A stretch of DNA of 64,000 bases, from NCBI GenBank assembly GCA_964016885.1, contig OZ024741.1, forward strand, positions 197,904,001-197,968,000. Direction: 5' to 3'. A model generated the notes under the pieces. That model was not told where the DNA came from. It did not search any database and saw only the letters and a list, made by a program, of their open reading frames with translations. Source of the stretch: Eledone cirrhosa. Lineage: Eukaryota. The position numbers and the translations under genes were made by a program. Below are positions 1 through 14,133 of this stretch, piece by piece; within the stretch, counting starts at the first letter, position 1; every line of letters begins with the position of its first letter.

Positions 1-921
<921 letters not shown>

Positions 922-1079
922 TACAAGTTTAAATAAGTGAACAAATGTATGTCCCTATACATACACACACATAAAGATACACACAAAGACATATATATAT
1001 ATATATATATGTCTTTGTGTGTATCTTTATGTTTGTGCATGTATAGGGACATATATTTGTTCACTTATTTAAACTTGTA
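922..1079. repeat. Inverted repeat centred on (AT)10
   Basis: tacaagtttaaataagtgaacaaat...acacaaagac (AT)10 gtctttgtgt...atttgttcacttatttaaacttgta; about 70-bp arms with a few mismatches. Confidence 0.9.
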
Positions 1080-1539
1080 GGGGTTGCAGTGGAAATAGGT
1101 CTATACAAATTGTGTTAAGAAGTCTGATACGCTGAAGTATTGTGATGCTTATACCTCCATATTCAGCATGCTTCGTGCATCCCCCATATATACATTTGTT
1201 TGCGTGTGTGTGAACATATATGAATTCACACACACACACACTCAAATACACACATACACATATGTATGTACATATACATGTGTGTATGTGTATAAATTCT
1301 CGCGCCCGGAACTCTACCTCATTAATATATATTTATATATACTATATATATAATTGTTTCTACTTTTTTTTTGGCTAAGTAATAAGTCTTCCTCCTTTGG
1401 AGTTTCACCTGTGTAATCACGATATCATCAGACAAGACTGATGAGTACACAGGTGAAACACCAAAGTAATAAGACTAATTACTTACCCAGAATTAAGAAT
1501 ATTACACTCGACTGCGGTACTGAAGTTGAAAGTCACTTT

Positions 1540-2690
1540 CAACCCTTTCAATACATCTATCGCATGCAGTTCTCTGGCTACAACCAAAGAGACAAAATCA
1601 GGGTGTATATAGGGACCACAACAAAATACAAGACCCTCATAGAGATGGGCATGAAATTGATTATTCCGCTGTGCAGGAGCAAATTATGGAATAGCATAGA
1701 CAGGATTAGGCAAAAGACAGGGAAAGCCATCTCATGGTACAACAACCAGCGATATCAGAGTGTCATGTTTATGGATGCAACCCCTGGAGGTGAACTAGCT
1801 AGTCAATTTAGAAAGAGCCTAAGAAAAACCTATTTAAATATCAAGAAAAGCCAGGAATAACTATAAAACCCCTGATCAACAAAATTACCTCTTTAAGAAA
1901 ACCCTCTGTACAAATAAGAAATGTGTAATATGTAGAGTAAGTACACAAATAAATTGTAAAACTACAAATGTAGTCTATAGCATAAGATGCACAGAGGGTA
2001 CCTGCAAAAATATGACAATGACAGCCCGTAGCATAGATGAATACTGGAGTGAACTAAAAGGACAAAAGGACAATTCAGTACGATATGAATATGCCAGACG
2101 AAAAGATGATGGTAAAATAGACAACATAGAGGCTAAAATAATATCTAAGCATAAGAATGTCTCCACAATTAGACATATTATGCAGAAAACATGAATGGAA
2201 TAACAACAACCATGACAAACACACACTAGTGATGTAACTAGAATACAAATATACACAAATGCAATAACAGCACTCACACACACACACACACTAGTGACCA
2301 AAGGTAAAATATAAACAGATAAACACATGCGGACTCAGACACGAACAAGCGAGCACACACCAAACAGAATACACGCACACAAACGAATGTGCAAATAGAG
2401 ACAACAACAAAAACATATATATAATATAAAATAACATTATAGGAATACAATGGGAGGACACACGATAATCACTGAAGATGACACAGATATGTCACGAAAG
2501 AACTTTGAGAAACTATATTTATATCTATATTTTTAACTGTTGGTCAATTAATGATAAACTTTGATTACCAGTTAAATTAGTAATATAAATGTAAAAATAT
2601 ACTGAAGCGAAAACCAAACCAAACAGTGAGTGTGTTTTACTATTGTTTGTAGAAATATTAGAACATGACCCTCCCCAAATATAACAGTAA
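1540..2690 (+). mobile_element. 5'-truncated degenerate PLE (Neptune-like): RT C-terminus, GIY-YIG, pLTR
   Basis: [16 protein letters not shown]...YQSVMFMDATPGGELA is homologous to the better-preserved copy at 51255-52632; frameshifted GIY-YIG region; HHR at 2469-2508. Confidence 0.85.
2469..2508 (+). ncRNA. Minimal type I hammerhead motif in PLE pLTR
   Basis: tca CTGAAGA tgaca-cagata-tgtca c GAAA gaac tt tga. Confidence 0.65.
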
Positions 2691-3373
2691 GAATAATTCT
2701 TTCTAACAATTTGAAGGGAGGGGAAATCGATGATATCGATCTCGGAAGGATGAAAAGCACAATTGACCTCGGCGGGATTTGAACTCAGAACTTAATGAGC
2801 CAGAACAAATACTGTTAAGCATTTGTCCGATACTCAAACAACTCGGTCAACCCGCTAACTTAGAATAAGAACATAACAAAGTTATGAAGTGATATGGAGA
2901 CAAACACTAAAGACTGACGCGAGAAGAGTTTGAAAGGATGAAACAAATGAAAACCGTGACTGTAACGAATAACACAGATCTTCGATGCAAATATTGTTTA
3001 TATACAGATAAAATAAGCGGTGGAAATAATTATTTTTATCTTTAAGTTTGTAGCTATGGGAATTAAGAATTATTGTTAATATCTTTCCACCGTTTCTGTC
3101 AGGCTTCAATTTACTTACGTCGCCGTTTGAAAAGATGCTTAGATGAAAATAACTCATGTATTCCCGATAATATTCCACCTTTATGTCCTGAAAATCAAAA
3201 CATGGTAAACTATGTTGATGACATATTAATGGATATATATAATAGAGTATGATATGAAACAACATCATTTCAATTTGCACTGATAGATTTGCAATTTTTA
3301 TATACAATCCTACAAATACATGTTACTCTACTATACATATATGGAGGGGGTGTAAAACTTAAATGATGCGATA

Positions 3374-3545
3374 TATGACAGAAAAAATGTAACAGAACCG
3401 CCTACGGGAATCGAATCACGTAGCTACTGTAGACCGGACGTCAGGCTATGTTAGTGTAGAGGTCTTTGAAGTTGTTTGTGCCTAATCTACACATGATACG
3501 TGGTTTGATTCTCATAGACGGTTCTGATACATTTTTCTGTCATAT
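3374..3545. repeat. Imperfect inverted repeat (MITE-like or inverted SINE fragment)
   Basis: atgacagaaaaaatgtaacagaaccg... versus ...cggttctgatacatttttctgtcat. Confidence 0.6.
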
Positions 3546-4416
3546 TACGTGTGTATTAATGTATTATTGAAATTGTCTCAGTCAGTGCTGGGGCTGCTCC
3601 GTCCATTGGTGATTAAGTGACGGCTTCAGGTACACCCAATTGTCATGTGATATGACGAGAGGCCCAGCAATTGTGGTTTTTCGAATAAAACATTCACATT
3701 CGCTAAATTTTGAGATTGAAAATCTGTCACTTAGTCTTAGTGTTCTGTGTATTTACTTGGTCTATAACAGATACGTGTTTTATCCTTGTAGGTGGATGTT
3801 ATGTTCCACGTGTATAAACGCATCGTTTAAATTTATTATAAAAATCTTAACTATACAAGTGATGAAATTACTTAGCAGTTAGGCCCGTGCCTCGCATGGC
3901 TGTGTTCACCCTTCCTACTCACTTCCTTAGTTCGAACTCAAGTTAACGGCCACTAGTTAATTAGCGAAATACTATAATTTGCCAGGGTCCTACGCTTGCA
4001 CTCCACATTTCCGACCACCGGGCTTCACCATCCACCCCCGGGCAGTGATCTGGATTTCCGAAAGACAAGCTACCTCAAACCTATCCCCTTTCGTACTAAC
4101 AGTGATAAGTAAATAAGAAACACCTATTATTTCTTTTCCCACCCCTACGAAGGGTACATTTGTGTCTCTGTATGTGTATACGTATACACGTATGTCTGTG
4201 TATGTACTCGTGTTTGTGCGTGTATATATGTGTACACAGATATGGTTAGGTATAGATGTATGTGAATGTATAGATGTAAGTGTGTGTGAGTGCAATCGTG
4301 TATATATATATGTGTGTGTGCGTGCGGGGACACGTAGATTTCTATTTGTGGGTATGTACTAAATATCTAAAATATCGATTATAATTTTTAACACTTATTA
4401 TTTTTTAACACTTATA

Positions 4417-4596
4417 GGCGGTGGATTGGCAGTATCGGTAGAGGGTCGGACGCCAGCATAGTTACGTCCCTTTACGGTCTGAGTTCAAATCCCGCCGAGG
4501 TTGACTTTGCCTTTCATCCTTACGGGGTCGATAAAATAAAGTACCAGTAATGCACTGGGTAATTGCTGGCCTTGTGCCTAAAGTAGAAACAATTAT
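4417..4596 (+). mobile_element. tRNA-derived SINE, young family, with TSD
   Basis: A box tggcagtatcgg, B box gagttcaaatcc; flanked by the direct repeat attattttttaacacttata. Other copies near 11093, 30315, 30487, 34016, 43542, 44139 and 49528. Confidence 0.9.
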
Positions 4597-5075
4597 TTTT
4601 TAACACTTATACATTTTTACACGTATAGGTTTTAACACCTACAGTTATAAATCTAACATCTCCTATATATTCTAACATATCCTATAGGATATGGATATAG
4701 CACTCACGCTTCCAGATGTACCCATACCGGGTTAAGCGCACGAATTCTTCACTAGCAAGTACAATACTTCCGCAAAAGAGAGATAGCGGCTACCTGTTTG
4801 CACCACTGCCACTATAGTAAAATAGGTCAACTAGACCAAAACACCCCTACATGCAGTTATTATAGTTGATTGTTGAAATTGACCTGTTAAGATAGTATCT
4901 GACCAATGCGGAGAAGATATACCCTTCGGATGCTCGAATTCGTTCATTTTAGTTCATATGCCACCAGTTCTTTGAGAAAACAACACCACATTTCGGATTT
5001 TAGCATATCAACGAATTAACATGGTAAGCTTTATTACACCATTATGTTTCCCTGTTTTTTCTGTTCAAATTCTAA

Positions 5076-5132
5076 CTGCCCGATGAAGTCATAATTGTTG
5101 AATAATAGTTATTAAAGAAATATATATTGCAG
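5076..5132 (+). ncRNA. Degenerate hammerhead motif in PLE pLTR
   Basis: ctgc CCGATGA...GAAA tatatatt gcag. The downstream aataaacgaag...gactt matches the intact copy at 32268-32322. Confidence 0.5.
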
Positions 5133-5180
5133 CGAATATGAATAAACGAAGTTAATTTTAACCTGTTGACTTACGCTTCT

Positions 5181-5242
<62 letters not shown>

Positions 5243-5249
5243 ATGTCCA

Positions 5250-7360
5250 CTCGGACAAAACTGAAAATCTGTATCACATGGATATTGAAAATTACAATGA
5301 GTTCATATATAAAGAACTCAGGAAGAATTATAGAAAAACAAACAATGCGTCACTTACCAACATCAACAACAAAACACACAACATAGTGAATAGACTTAAT
5401 ATTGAAGATAGAACTGAACCTTTGGCACTGAAAAGACCACATTTCAACCTGAAAGATCATAAATCTAACTTTAACTCTAATCCTTCTATAAGGCTTATAT
5501 GCCCTTCCAAATCTGATATTGGAATCATTAGTAAAAGATTTTTAGATAGAGTCATCCCACAACTAAGAAAACATGTTAATTTACCACTCTGGGAAAACAC
5601 ATCCCAGGTAATTAACTGGTTTAATAATATTAGAAATAGATCCTCTGCTTCATTTCTACAATTTGATATAGATAATTATTATTCTTCTATATCACCTATA
5701 CTCCCGAACAAAGCCTTGATATTTGCTAAAAATAGATCTAACTTAACTTTGGATGACATTAATATTATTACACATGCCAGACTAACACTATTGGAATTTC
5801 AAAATGAATACTGGACCAGAAACACATATAGTAATCTATTCGATATTACTATGGGCTCAAGTGATGCTGCCCAAATTACTGATCTTGTGGGCCTCTTTCT
5901 TCTTTTCAACATAAATGCTTCCTTTCCCCACCTTAAAGGTGGTTTATATCGTGACGACTGTCTTCTTCTTTCCAATAACCTTAGCCTTTCAGAGATAGAA
6001 AAAATAAAAAGCTTATTAGAACTTTCCTTAAAGACTATTATAGTCTAGATATTACATTTGAAAACACAAGTAAAGTAGTTAATTTCCTTGATATAACATT
6101 AGACTTATCTACGGGTATCTACCAACCTTACCATAAACCTAACCAAAATTTACACTACATACACTCACAATCTAATCACCCTAAATCTATCCTTAAAAAC
6201 CTTGCATATAATATATCACTTAGAATTTCTAACCTTTCGTCTAACCAGGATGTATTTGATAAAAATGCGACCTTTTATAACGAAGCTCTAGCTAGAAGTG
6301 GCCACAAAAATAAATTAGTATATATACCTTGTACCAATAACACTACAAACACACAACCTAATATTACCAACAAACACCAAATGAAGCATACACACCTAAA
6401 TGCCACCCACACTATACCCCAAAATACCAACATAAAACCAAATTTCTCTAACTCTTCTAATATACAATATAGTAACTCTCAAAAAACCACTCATCCTACA
6501 ACTCTAATAAATGGTAATAATAAAACTCCTAATAAACAAACTAAAGCACCTAAATCAATAAATCTAACTAAAAATGTGTGTGGTGAAGTCATTAACAATA
6601 ATTCTCTTAATAAACATCAGGATACATCCTATAAAAACAATAAACAACATCGAAACCGTAATAGACGAGTTACTTGGTATAATGCTCAATTTAATTTACA
6701 AATTAAGGATAATATACCTAAAAAATTCTTTAATATCCTAGAGAAGAACTTCCCGCCAAACCACAAATACCATCAAAATTTAAATAGATCAACGGTTAAA
6801 TTCTCCTACTCAACAACCAAAAACATAAAACAAAATATAAGTGCCTACAATGCATATAAATGTAAAAATACCATGAGTATACCACCAGTACATCAAATAA
6901 CCATAATATCTCCTCGGATACAGGATTCACGAAAAGTTGTAACTGTAGAAACAAGGCAAACTGCCCATTAAAAGGAAATTTCCTTGTTAATAACATAGTA
7001 TATAAATGTAAAGTTAACACTAAAGACTCAATTTATTCATATATAGGAGCTACCTCTAACAAATTTAAGGTAAGATTTAATACCCACAAACATAGCTTTA
7101 AAAATGCCGCACTAGCTAATACAACATCTCTAGCTGAAATAATTAATAATTATAGAAAGAGGATTATAGATTATGACCTGACCTGGAGTGTGCTCAAAAG
7201 GGCCACCCCTTATCAAAATAATAGATATGAATGTAGATTATGTTCCCAAGAACTTTTTGAAATAATGAAATCTAAGGATATCCTATTAAATAAGTGACAG
7301 AATTAATAATATCGTGTAATCACAAACTGAGAAAAACCTTTAAATATTATAAACCTAATT
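5250..7360 (+). mobile_element. PLE RT plus C-terminal GIY-YIG endonuclease (Nematis-like), 5'-truncated and frameshifted
   Basis: LKDHK...PSIRLICPSKSDIG, QFDIDNYYSSI, ITMGS, LYRDD, downstream FLDITLDL; CNCRNKANCPLKG linker then IVYKC...YIGAT...RF at about 6940-7090. Confidence 0.92.
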
Positions 7361-10119
7361 AATATACATCTTAGAAATTAATATATAAACTGTTTTTAAT
7401 TTAGTTAACCTATAATTAATATTCTACTACTGATTACTACATAATTTTACTTTCCTTCTTACAACTATCATTTCCTAAAACTGATACCATTAAGTAAACA
7501 TATATAATGCTTTAATTTCAGGTTATGACTCTGTGATTGTATACCTTGCATACTTCAATTAGTTATTTACCCTATTTAATAAATTCCTCTTTTCTCTTAA
7601 TTTTGAATGCCTTTTAATTATTTTCTATCTACAACGTTTGATCTTCTGATTAATGTTACATCAATTAAAAATCAATGCATCTTACCTTTGTTTGAATTGT
7701 ATCAAAATTACTGTAAAAGGGTGAACGATTCTCAAGTTACAGAAGGATAAGTTATCACTTGCATTTGTTTCGACCAGTATTGGTGCAAGACCTGATGGTG
7801 CAAGCAAGGAATATGAGTATGGTGGGAGAAAGCTTGTGAAAGATAGAGATAAAATATTATATGAAGAATGGTGGTTAGATGAATAAATAGACACATTAGA
7901 GATTGACAGTTTGTGGGAGAGATATATGCATATATAGCCATCAAATAGCAACAAGAACATTGATGAGACAAACAGTCAGGCAAACAAACATGTGATATTG
8001 GGGGAATCTGAATAATCGAAAATATACTGGGATTATAGATTGGTTTTGATTCACAGCTAAATCTTACAGCATATCTTCTCTCAAAATATAGAATATATAT
8101 ACCTAGCGGTACCTAGTTGAAACTAAATTTAGAGTCCACTGTATTATAGAAATAAGTAGTAGTTTCAGAATGAAACTAGCCAACAAAGTGGTTTCTTATT
8201 CCGTCACTAATATCCTTGTGGAAAATGTAGACATCATAAAATCTCATACTTTCTAATTTAAGAAATAACAATGCTGAGCTGTTTCGTATGTAGTGAGGAT
8301 TGCAAGTTTAGTAAAATAATTTAAAATGTGATGAAAGTCAGTTTAAAGATGCAGACTTCAATTTACTTAAATTCCCACGGACATCTATTGGATAGTTGTA
8401 GAGATAGTAACTTATACGAATATTTATAGCAGTAGTACTTGGTTTTAATTGAAATCCCACGGACAACTACTGCGGAGTTGTTGAGATAGTAGCTTATAAA
8501 AATATGTATAGCAGCAGTGGCTGGTATTTGTACTTTTGTATGAGATCAGTGTCATATATATTGTGTGGTTCATCGATACATTAACATTGAATGTAACCTA
8601 TCAGTAAGTCTTCTATTAATGTCAGTTTCTTTCTAGTAGCCTCGAAATTTAGGTTGAATACTTATGATGTATTGCATTTTTCTCATCGTAATTTCTGATT
8701 TTTCCCAATATTTTCATCTATTTTTAATGTTTCTGTCATCACACAAGCATGCAATTTTTATAACCATGTCTCACTTTATTTTCTATTGACCATTCTATCT
8801 CCGCATTGTAAGCATTGTATTTCGTTAAGACAATAAAATTTCTCATTTCTTTTTCACATTTATAGTGATAACTTCGTGTCTGAGTTACATTTTATAGCAT
8901 TGGAGCTGATATATTGCTGAAAAGCAGCAGTATGTTCTGACAGCAAATCTATGTATACTTTATATGTAATTTCACATAGAAATATATAAAACATAAAATA
9001 AATGTTAACCTAAGACAGAAATACCTAATGCACATACATCCCCATCTATACATATGTATGTTAAATTTTGTTTGAAAGTACACTCCTGTCGGTGAAGTTC
9101 ACGGTCAATCATTGCTCCTACTGATACGACTATTAGTGATTGCTGTGCTTTGAAAGAAGAAAAACCAGATTCATTTGTTCTGCGACATTCTCAGCAGCTT
9201 CTTAGAAAGAGCGTGAAATCAACACCAGAGGAAAATATCAGCAGAGAAAGTTTTAGAATTTGTTATATTTTAGGATTAATTGAGCTAATTCTCTCTGAAT
9301 TGTTTTCCTTCGTAATTACTAATAAATAATTCCGATATAAACAAAATATATGATGACGGCGAGTGTTAATGCTAACTATAATTGTATTTATGTATGTATC
9401 CGTAACTCTTGATGGTCTCGAAAGGGCGCCAGCGTGATATACGTCTTGGGCATTTTAAAACTGGTGGAGCCCATCCCTCACAGTCGATTTCTTACAGGGA
9501 GAGGGTGGGAGTGAGAAAGAGATATAAAAGAAGAATCAACTCCAGTACTGGAGTATGTTTATGGACTTCTAAAGAATGAAAAGCAAAGTTGACCTTGATA
9601 GAATTTGAACTCAGAGAGCTTAAACCAATACCGCAAAGCAACTCTGTCAATTCGCCGCCTTAGAACAATAATTGTATACAAGTATTAATAAATTTCTGTT
9701 AATTCCGTACGTCACAGGTATCTCGGTGAAGATCTTGGTCTGGGGTTCATTCTTGACTTGACTGAGTTTAATTCATAGTAACAATAATATAGCGCAGTTC
9801 ATAACAGGGGAATATATGAAGTCATATATAATAATTTTATGCATAACAGACACATACAAGTTTCAGTATGACTGTATGACTGTTGTGAGAATGCCAGACT
9901 AGAATATGCTATAGCTTATATGCATTTTGCGTATAGAATATCTGCTGGAGAAGTTCATTTGCATACAGTGTATGCTTGACTTGGCTTAGATTGATTGACA
10001 GTAGCACTAATATAGCGTGAATTACACTATGTTGGTATTATTGCCTATTAAGACATCTAAGTTAGGTGGCATATATATATATATCTTCAATTTGCACTCG
10101 ATAGGGATGATGCCGAGTG

Positions 10120-10834
10120 CTGCATGCCTGGAATGAAAGTCAGTGCGGCGAAAACTGATACACTCGTCCTCTCAAGGAAGTCTACATGTGAATGGTGTTC
10201 CACTGAAGCAAGTGGAGAACTTCAAGTATCTCGAGGTCGTGTTCACGAGTGTTGGAAGGCAGGAGGTTGAGTTATGTGCAAGAATTGCAGGAGCAGGTAC
10301 AGTAATGCGCCAGCTTCAGGATTCAGTAATCAGAAGAAGGGAGGTAGGTGTAAAAGCTAAACTCACTATCTGCAATTCGGTATTCGTGCCAACCCTTACC
10401 TATGGTTAATAATCTTGGGTAATGACCGAAAGAATACGATCGCGAATACAAGCGGTCTAAATGGGGTTCCTCCGAAGGGTCTTTGGAGTAACGTTACTCG
10501 ATAGAATGCGTAGCTCGGAAATCAGAGAGCCACTTCAGATAGAGCCACTACTTCTCCGAATAGAGAGAGATCACAGTTCCGATACTATGGACATGTGGTT
10601 AGAATGTCTCAGGGAAGAATCCCTGGACAGATTTTACGGGCAAAATCAACCGATTGGAGACCCAGAGGTAGCCACCGAGTAAGATGGTTGGATAAAATCC
10701 ATGAGCTTGGTTGGTCACGCTTGGGGATCCAGCCGGATCAGTTGGAGATGGTTTCTTCTGACAGGATCCACTGGAAATGAGTGTTTGAGGACTCTGCCCC
10801 CACGACCCTCTCAGGAATAAGTGGCGAAGAAGAA

Positions 10835-10837
<3 letters not shown>
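10120..10837 (+). mobile_element. RTE-type LINE 3' fragment with (GAA)n tail
   Basis: KQVENFKYL, PTLTYG, FLRRVFGVTLLDRMRSSEIR, RPRG..RVRWLD; ends gaagaagaagaa. Confidence 0.8.
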
Positions 10838-10874
<37 letters not shown>

Positions 10875-10971
10875 TAAAATAACAGATTAAAGTTTAAGCA
10901 AAGAATCACTGCTTATCGAGCCCTCTTTGGATTTTAGTCTTCAAATTTATTATTATTACTATATATATATA

Positions 10972-11562
10972 CTAGCAGATTTACCCGGCGTTGCTCGGGG
11001 TTTGAAATTATGCTAAGAATATACAGCTAGAAAGTAAAAGAAGAACATTATTTGTCCCCAACCTGTCAAAATAAGCAGAAGTCTTCAATAATTAATTGTT
11101 TCTACTTTAGGCACAAGGCCAGCAATTTCCCAGTACTTTATGTTATCGACCCTGTAGGGATGAAAGGCAAAGTCAACCTCGGCGGGATTTGAACTCAGAT
11201 CGTTAAGGGACGTAACTATGCTGGAAAGCATGGCGTCCAACCCTCTACCGATACTGCCAATCCACCGCCTTCAATAATTAATGCAAACGAATATATTTGG
11301 TGAAAAGGTTATCTCCCTTTTTTATAAGGATTGTCAATAAAGTTTATCTCCCTTACATCAATTTTTCTACCGATAATTTTGATATCGATTTTTTATTGCT
11401 TAACGTGGGTCGATTTGAAAAATGTTTGTGATGTGACAATCTTATCGACGTGTGCAACGTGCACAGAAAATCTGGTCAAATTCAGTTGGTAATTGTGAAA
11501 GCCTTATGCATGCAAAGTTGTACACAGACACACACACATCCTCGCTTTTATATATATAAAGA
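10972..11562 (-). mobile_element. Non-autonomous Helitron with a nested SINE
   Basis: Minus strand 5' TCTTTATATATATAAAAG; 3' hairpin CCCGAGCAACGCCGGG then CTAG; inserted between A and T. SINE at about 11093-11270 has TSD tcaataattaat. Confidence 0.85.
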
Positions 11563-12092
11563 TATATATACTTACCTCTTTGGAAGTTGCCTTTTACAAC
11601 ACAACACGTGCGTGTTCTCGCCAAGATTAATTACTTAGCTCGGCAGTCTCTTCTTTGAGCATTCAATTCACTTTCGATCGAATGAATTTGGTATCAGATT
11701 ATTTAAATTTGGGGTATTTCTTAATTACTGTAGACAGATTAGTAATCAATCTTAGTGGATCGATGTTTACTAAATTCAGATACCAGACCTTCAAGTCGGA
11801 GTGAAAGTGATTGAATTCGACTTTTTCGAATTCTACGTTATTGTTGTTGTTTTGTTTTGTGGGGGTGGTTTCAGAAAAGAAGCCCCGCAGTCAAGTAGTT
11901 CGAGGAAACATATTTCCTGGTTTCTCTTTCTTTAATTCTAGCATACAATATTCTTCGGATTTGCGTAGTTAATTTACATTAAGTCATTGATTACAGTCGG
12001 CGAAATAACAGAGTTCTTAGAATGTTGGCTAGAATACTTTACGGTATTCGTTCCGGCTCTCTACATTATCTGATGTCAACTTTGCTTTTCAC

Positions 12093-12147
<55 letters not shown>

Positions 12148-12152
<5 letters not shown>

Positions 12153-12650
12153 AGTGAGGTTTGCGATTTCAGTAAATTAATTGAAAATATGAATACTCCA
12201 ATATGAAAGTCAGTTTAAGCCAGCGTAAATTTAGTAAAATTGCCACAGACATCTACTGGGTAGTTGTAGAGGCAGTAGCCTATAAGGATATGGGTAGCAC
12301 TAGTAGCCTGCATAAATGAAGCGTCCCTTGAAAATGGCTATTGTTATTGTGGAATGGAACTCCGTTGGTTTCGACAATGTGTTCCAGTTGATTCGATCAA
12401 GGAACAGCCTACTTGTGGATTTAATATGCAAGCTGTTGAGCATTCCACACACACACGTGTTCCCAGGGAGATTCAACAAGACAAGAGTTGTGACTAGGCT
12501 GGCCCATTTTAATTATATGTACAACTCATTTTTTGCAGTTGAGTTGACTAAATCAACGCGTAATAAAGTGTCTTGCTAAAGACCACAAGACACGCCAAGA
12601 ATTGAACTCACCAACTTACAATCCTAACTAAGCCACACACCTTCACACTG
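12148..12650 (+). repeat. Dispersed repeat with an inverted copy at about 14900-15423 and a partial copy at about 8290-8520
   Basis: aattgaaaatatgaatactccaatat...gccacagacatctactggg matches the reverse complement of 15235-15423; similarity continues inward. Confidence 0.75.
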
Positions 12651-13714
12651 TTATTATAACAGTATTATTCGTATAAAATTATTCTACAGAGATTGAATAG
12701 AAATTTTCTAGTCAGGTCTTGAATGTAATGTCATTTTTTTTTATGATTATCTCTAGAATTTGAAGGCGGCGATTTGATTGTCATGGGGGTGTCGGACAAT
12801 AAATACTACGCTATTTGTTCCGGTTCACTGCTATCTGAGTTCAAATCCCACTGAGGTCCACTTTACCTTTCATTCTTACCAACCTAATACTGAGATTAAT
12901 CCTTTCTCAAAAAGAAATCTGCTTTGTTTCAAATTGGAGAGGGGACGGGCTCTGTCAGGTTTAGAATACCGAAGACATGCCGTGTGTCAGATAGTGCCCT
13001 TACGATTCCACCAGGAGTTAAAAGCCTTAACTAAAATTTGAGAATACTCCTTGTAAATTTATTCTTTTTAGCATCAGGATTGTAAAGATTCGATGAATTT
13101 GTCTTTAAGTAGCATCTATATCTCGATTCAATAATCTCAATATTTATCTGAATTCTAAATATTTATACTTAATGGCATACTTGTTTTGTCAGGTGTCTGA
13201 GAAAAATTAATGATCTAACACGATTAATATTTATTTCTAGAAATCATGTTGTGTTAATTCTCATCAATCCTGTTCGTTTCTAATGACATTCTACAATTAC
13301 TTTTATGAATTTCTATACAGACAACTCCAATCGAAGTTACCAGCTTCGGTGCTGATCTAAGGATTTAAAGGTTGTTGATTCGCATCTCATTGCCAACGCT
13401 ATGCTACACACCTTGTCAATACTTTCATTTTCGTTGGTTCAATTCAATAAACTATAATGTATACCCTAGGTAGTTAAGCATCTAATTTTATCATTACTGT
13501 ATCAAGCCTAGACTATAATTGAAGGATATCACCCTATGGCTCTGGATCATCTATTCTGACACTACAAAGGATAAGTCCGTAATACTGCGGTCGTTAATCT
13601 CTAAAGCTCTTTAAATTCAGTTCTTGAATCTTCCTTAAACAAGCCACACTCAAGTGATCTCATGGACGCATGTAAACTGAGCTTCATCTTTTTCATTCAC
13701 AGAGCTCCCCAGCA

Positions 13715-13980
13715 AATGAACACGCATACACACATACACGCATTCACACAAACACGCATACACACATACACGCATTCACACAAACACGCATACACACATA
13801 CACGCATTCACACATACACGCATTCACACAAACACGCATACACATACACGCATTCACACAAACACGCGTACTTACAAACACGCATACACACAAATACGCT
13901 TACACACGAACATGCAAACACACAAACGCATACACACAAGCATGCATACACACAAACATACGTGTACATACACATACAAA
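13715..13980. repeat. CA-rich minisatellite
   Basis: Repeated acacgcatacacacatacacgcattcacacaa. Confidence 0.9.
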
Positions 13981-13993
13981 TCAAACATTGTAT

Positions 13994-14133
13994 CAGTCAT
14001 GGGCAAACAGCGACCTACGAGCTGCATGCGGCTGTTTAGAATTTAAAATTCAAAATCGCCTTGAATTTTTTAATACCTTATGATGAGCCACATCCCATGC
14101 GGCCCACTGCTCGAAAAAGGTTGTCAATGCCTG
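13994..14133. mobile_element. hAT-like MITE
   Basis: Ends cagtcatgggcaaac / gttgtcaatgcctg, subterminal catgcggc motifs, and a degenerate 8-bp flank repeat. Confidence 0.55.

Noticed and set aside
4417-4500. tRNA genes at A/B-box sequences
   Set aside because: No complete cloverleaf; they continue into SINE bodies with TSDs.
7682-8008. Possible minus-strand exon (ttattcag acceptor, gtaag donor)
   Set aside because: No frame is open across the whole segment and no recognisable homology; needs RNA-seq.
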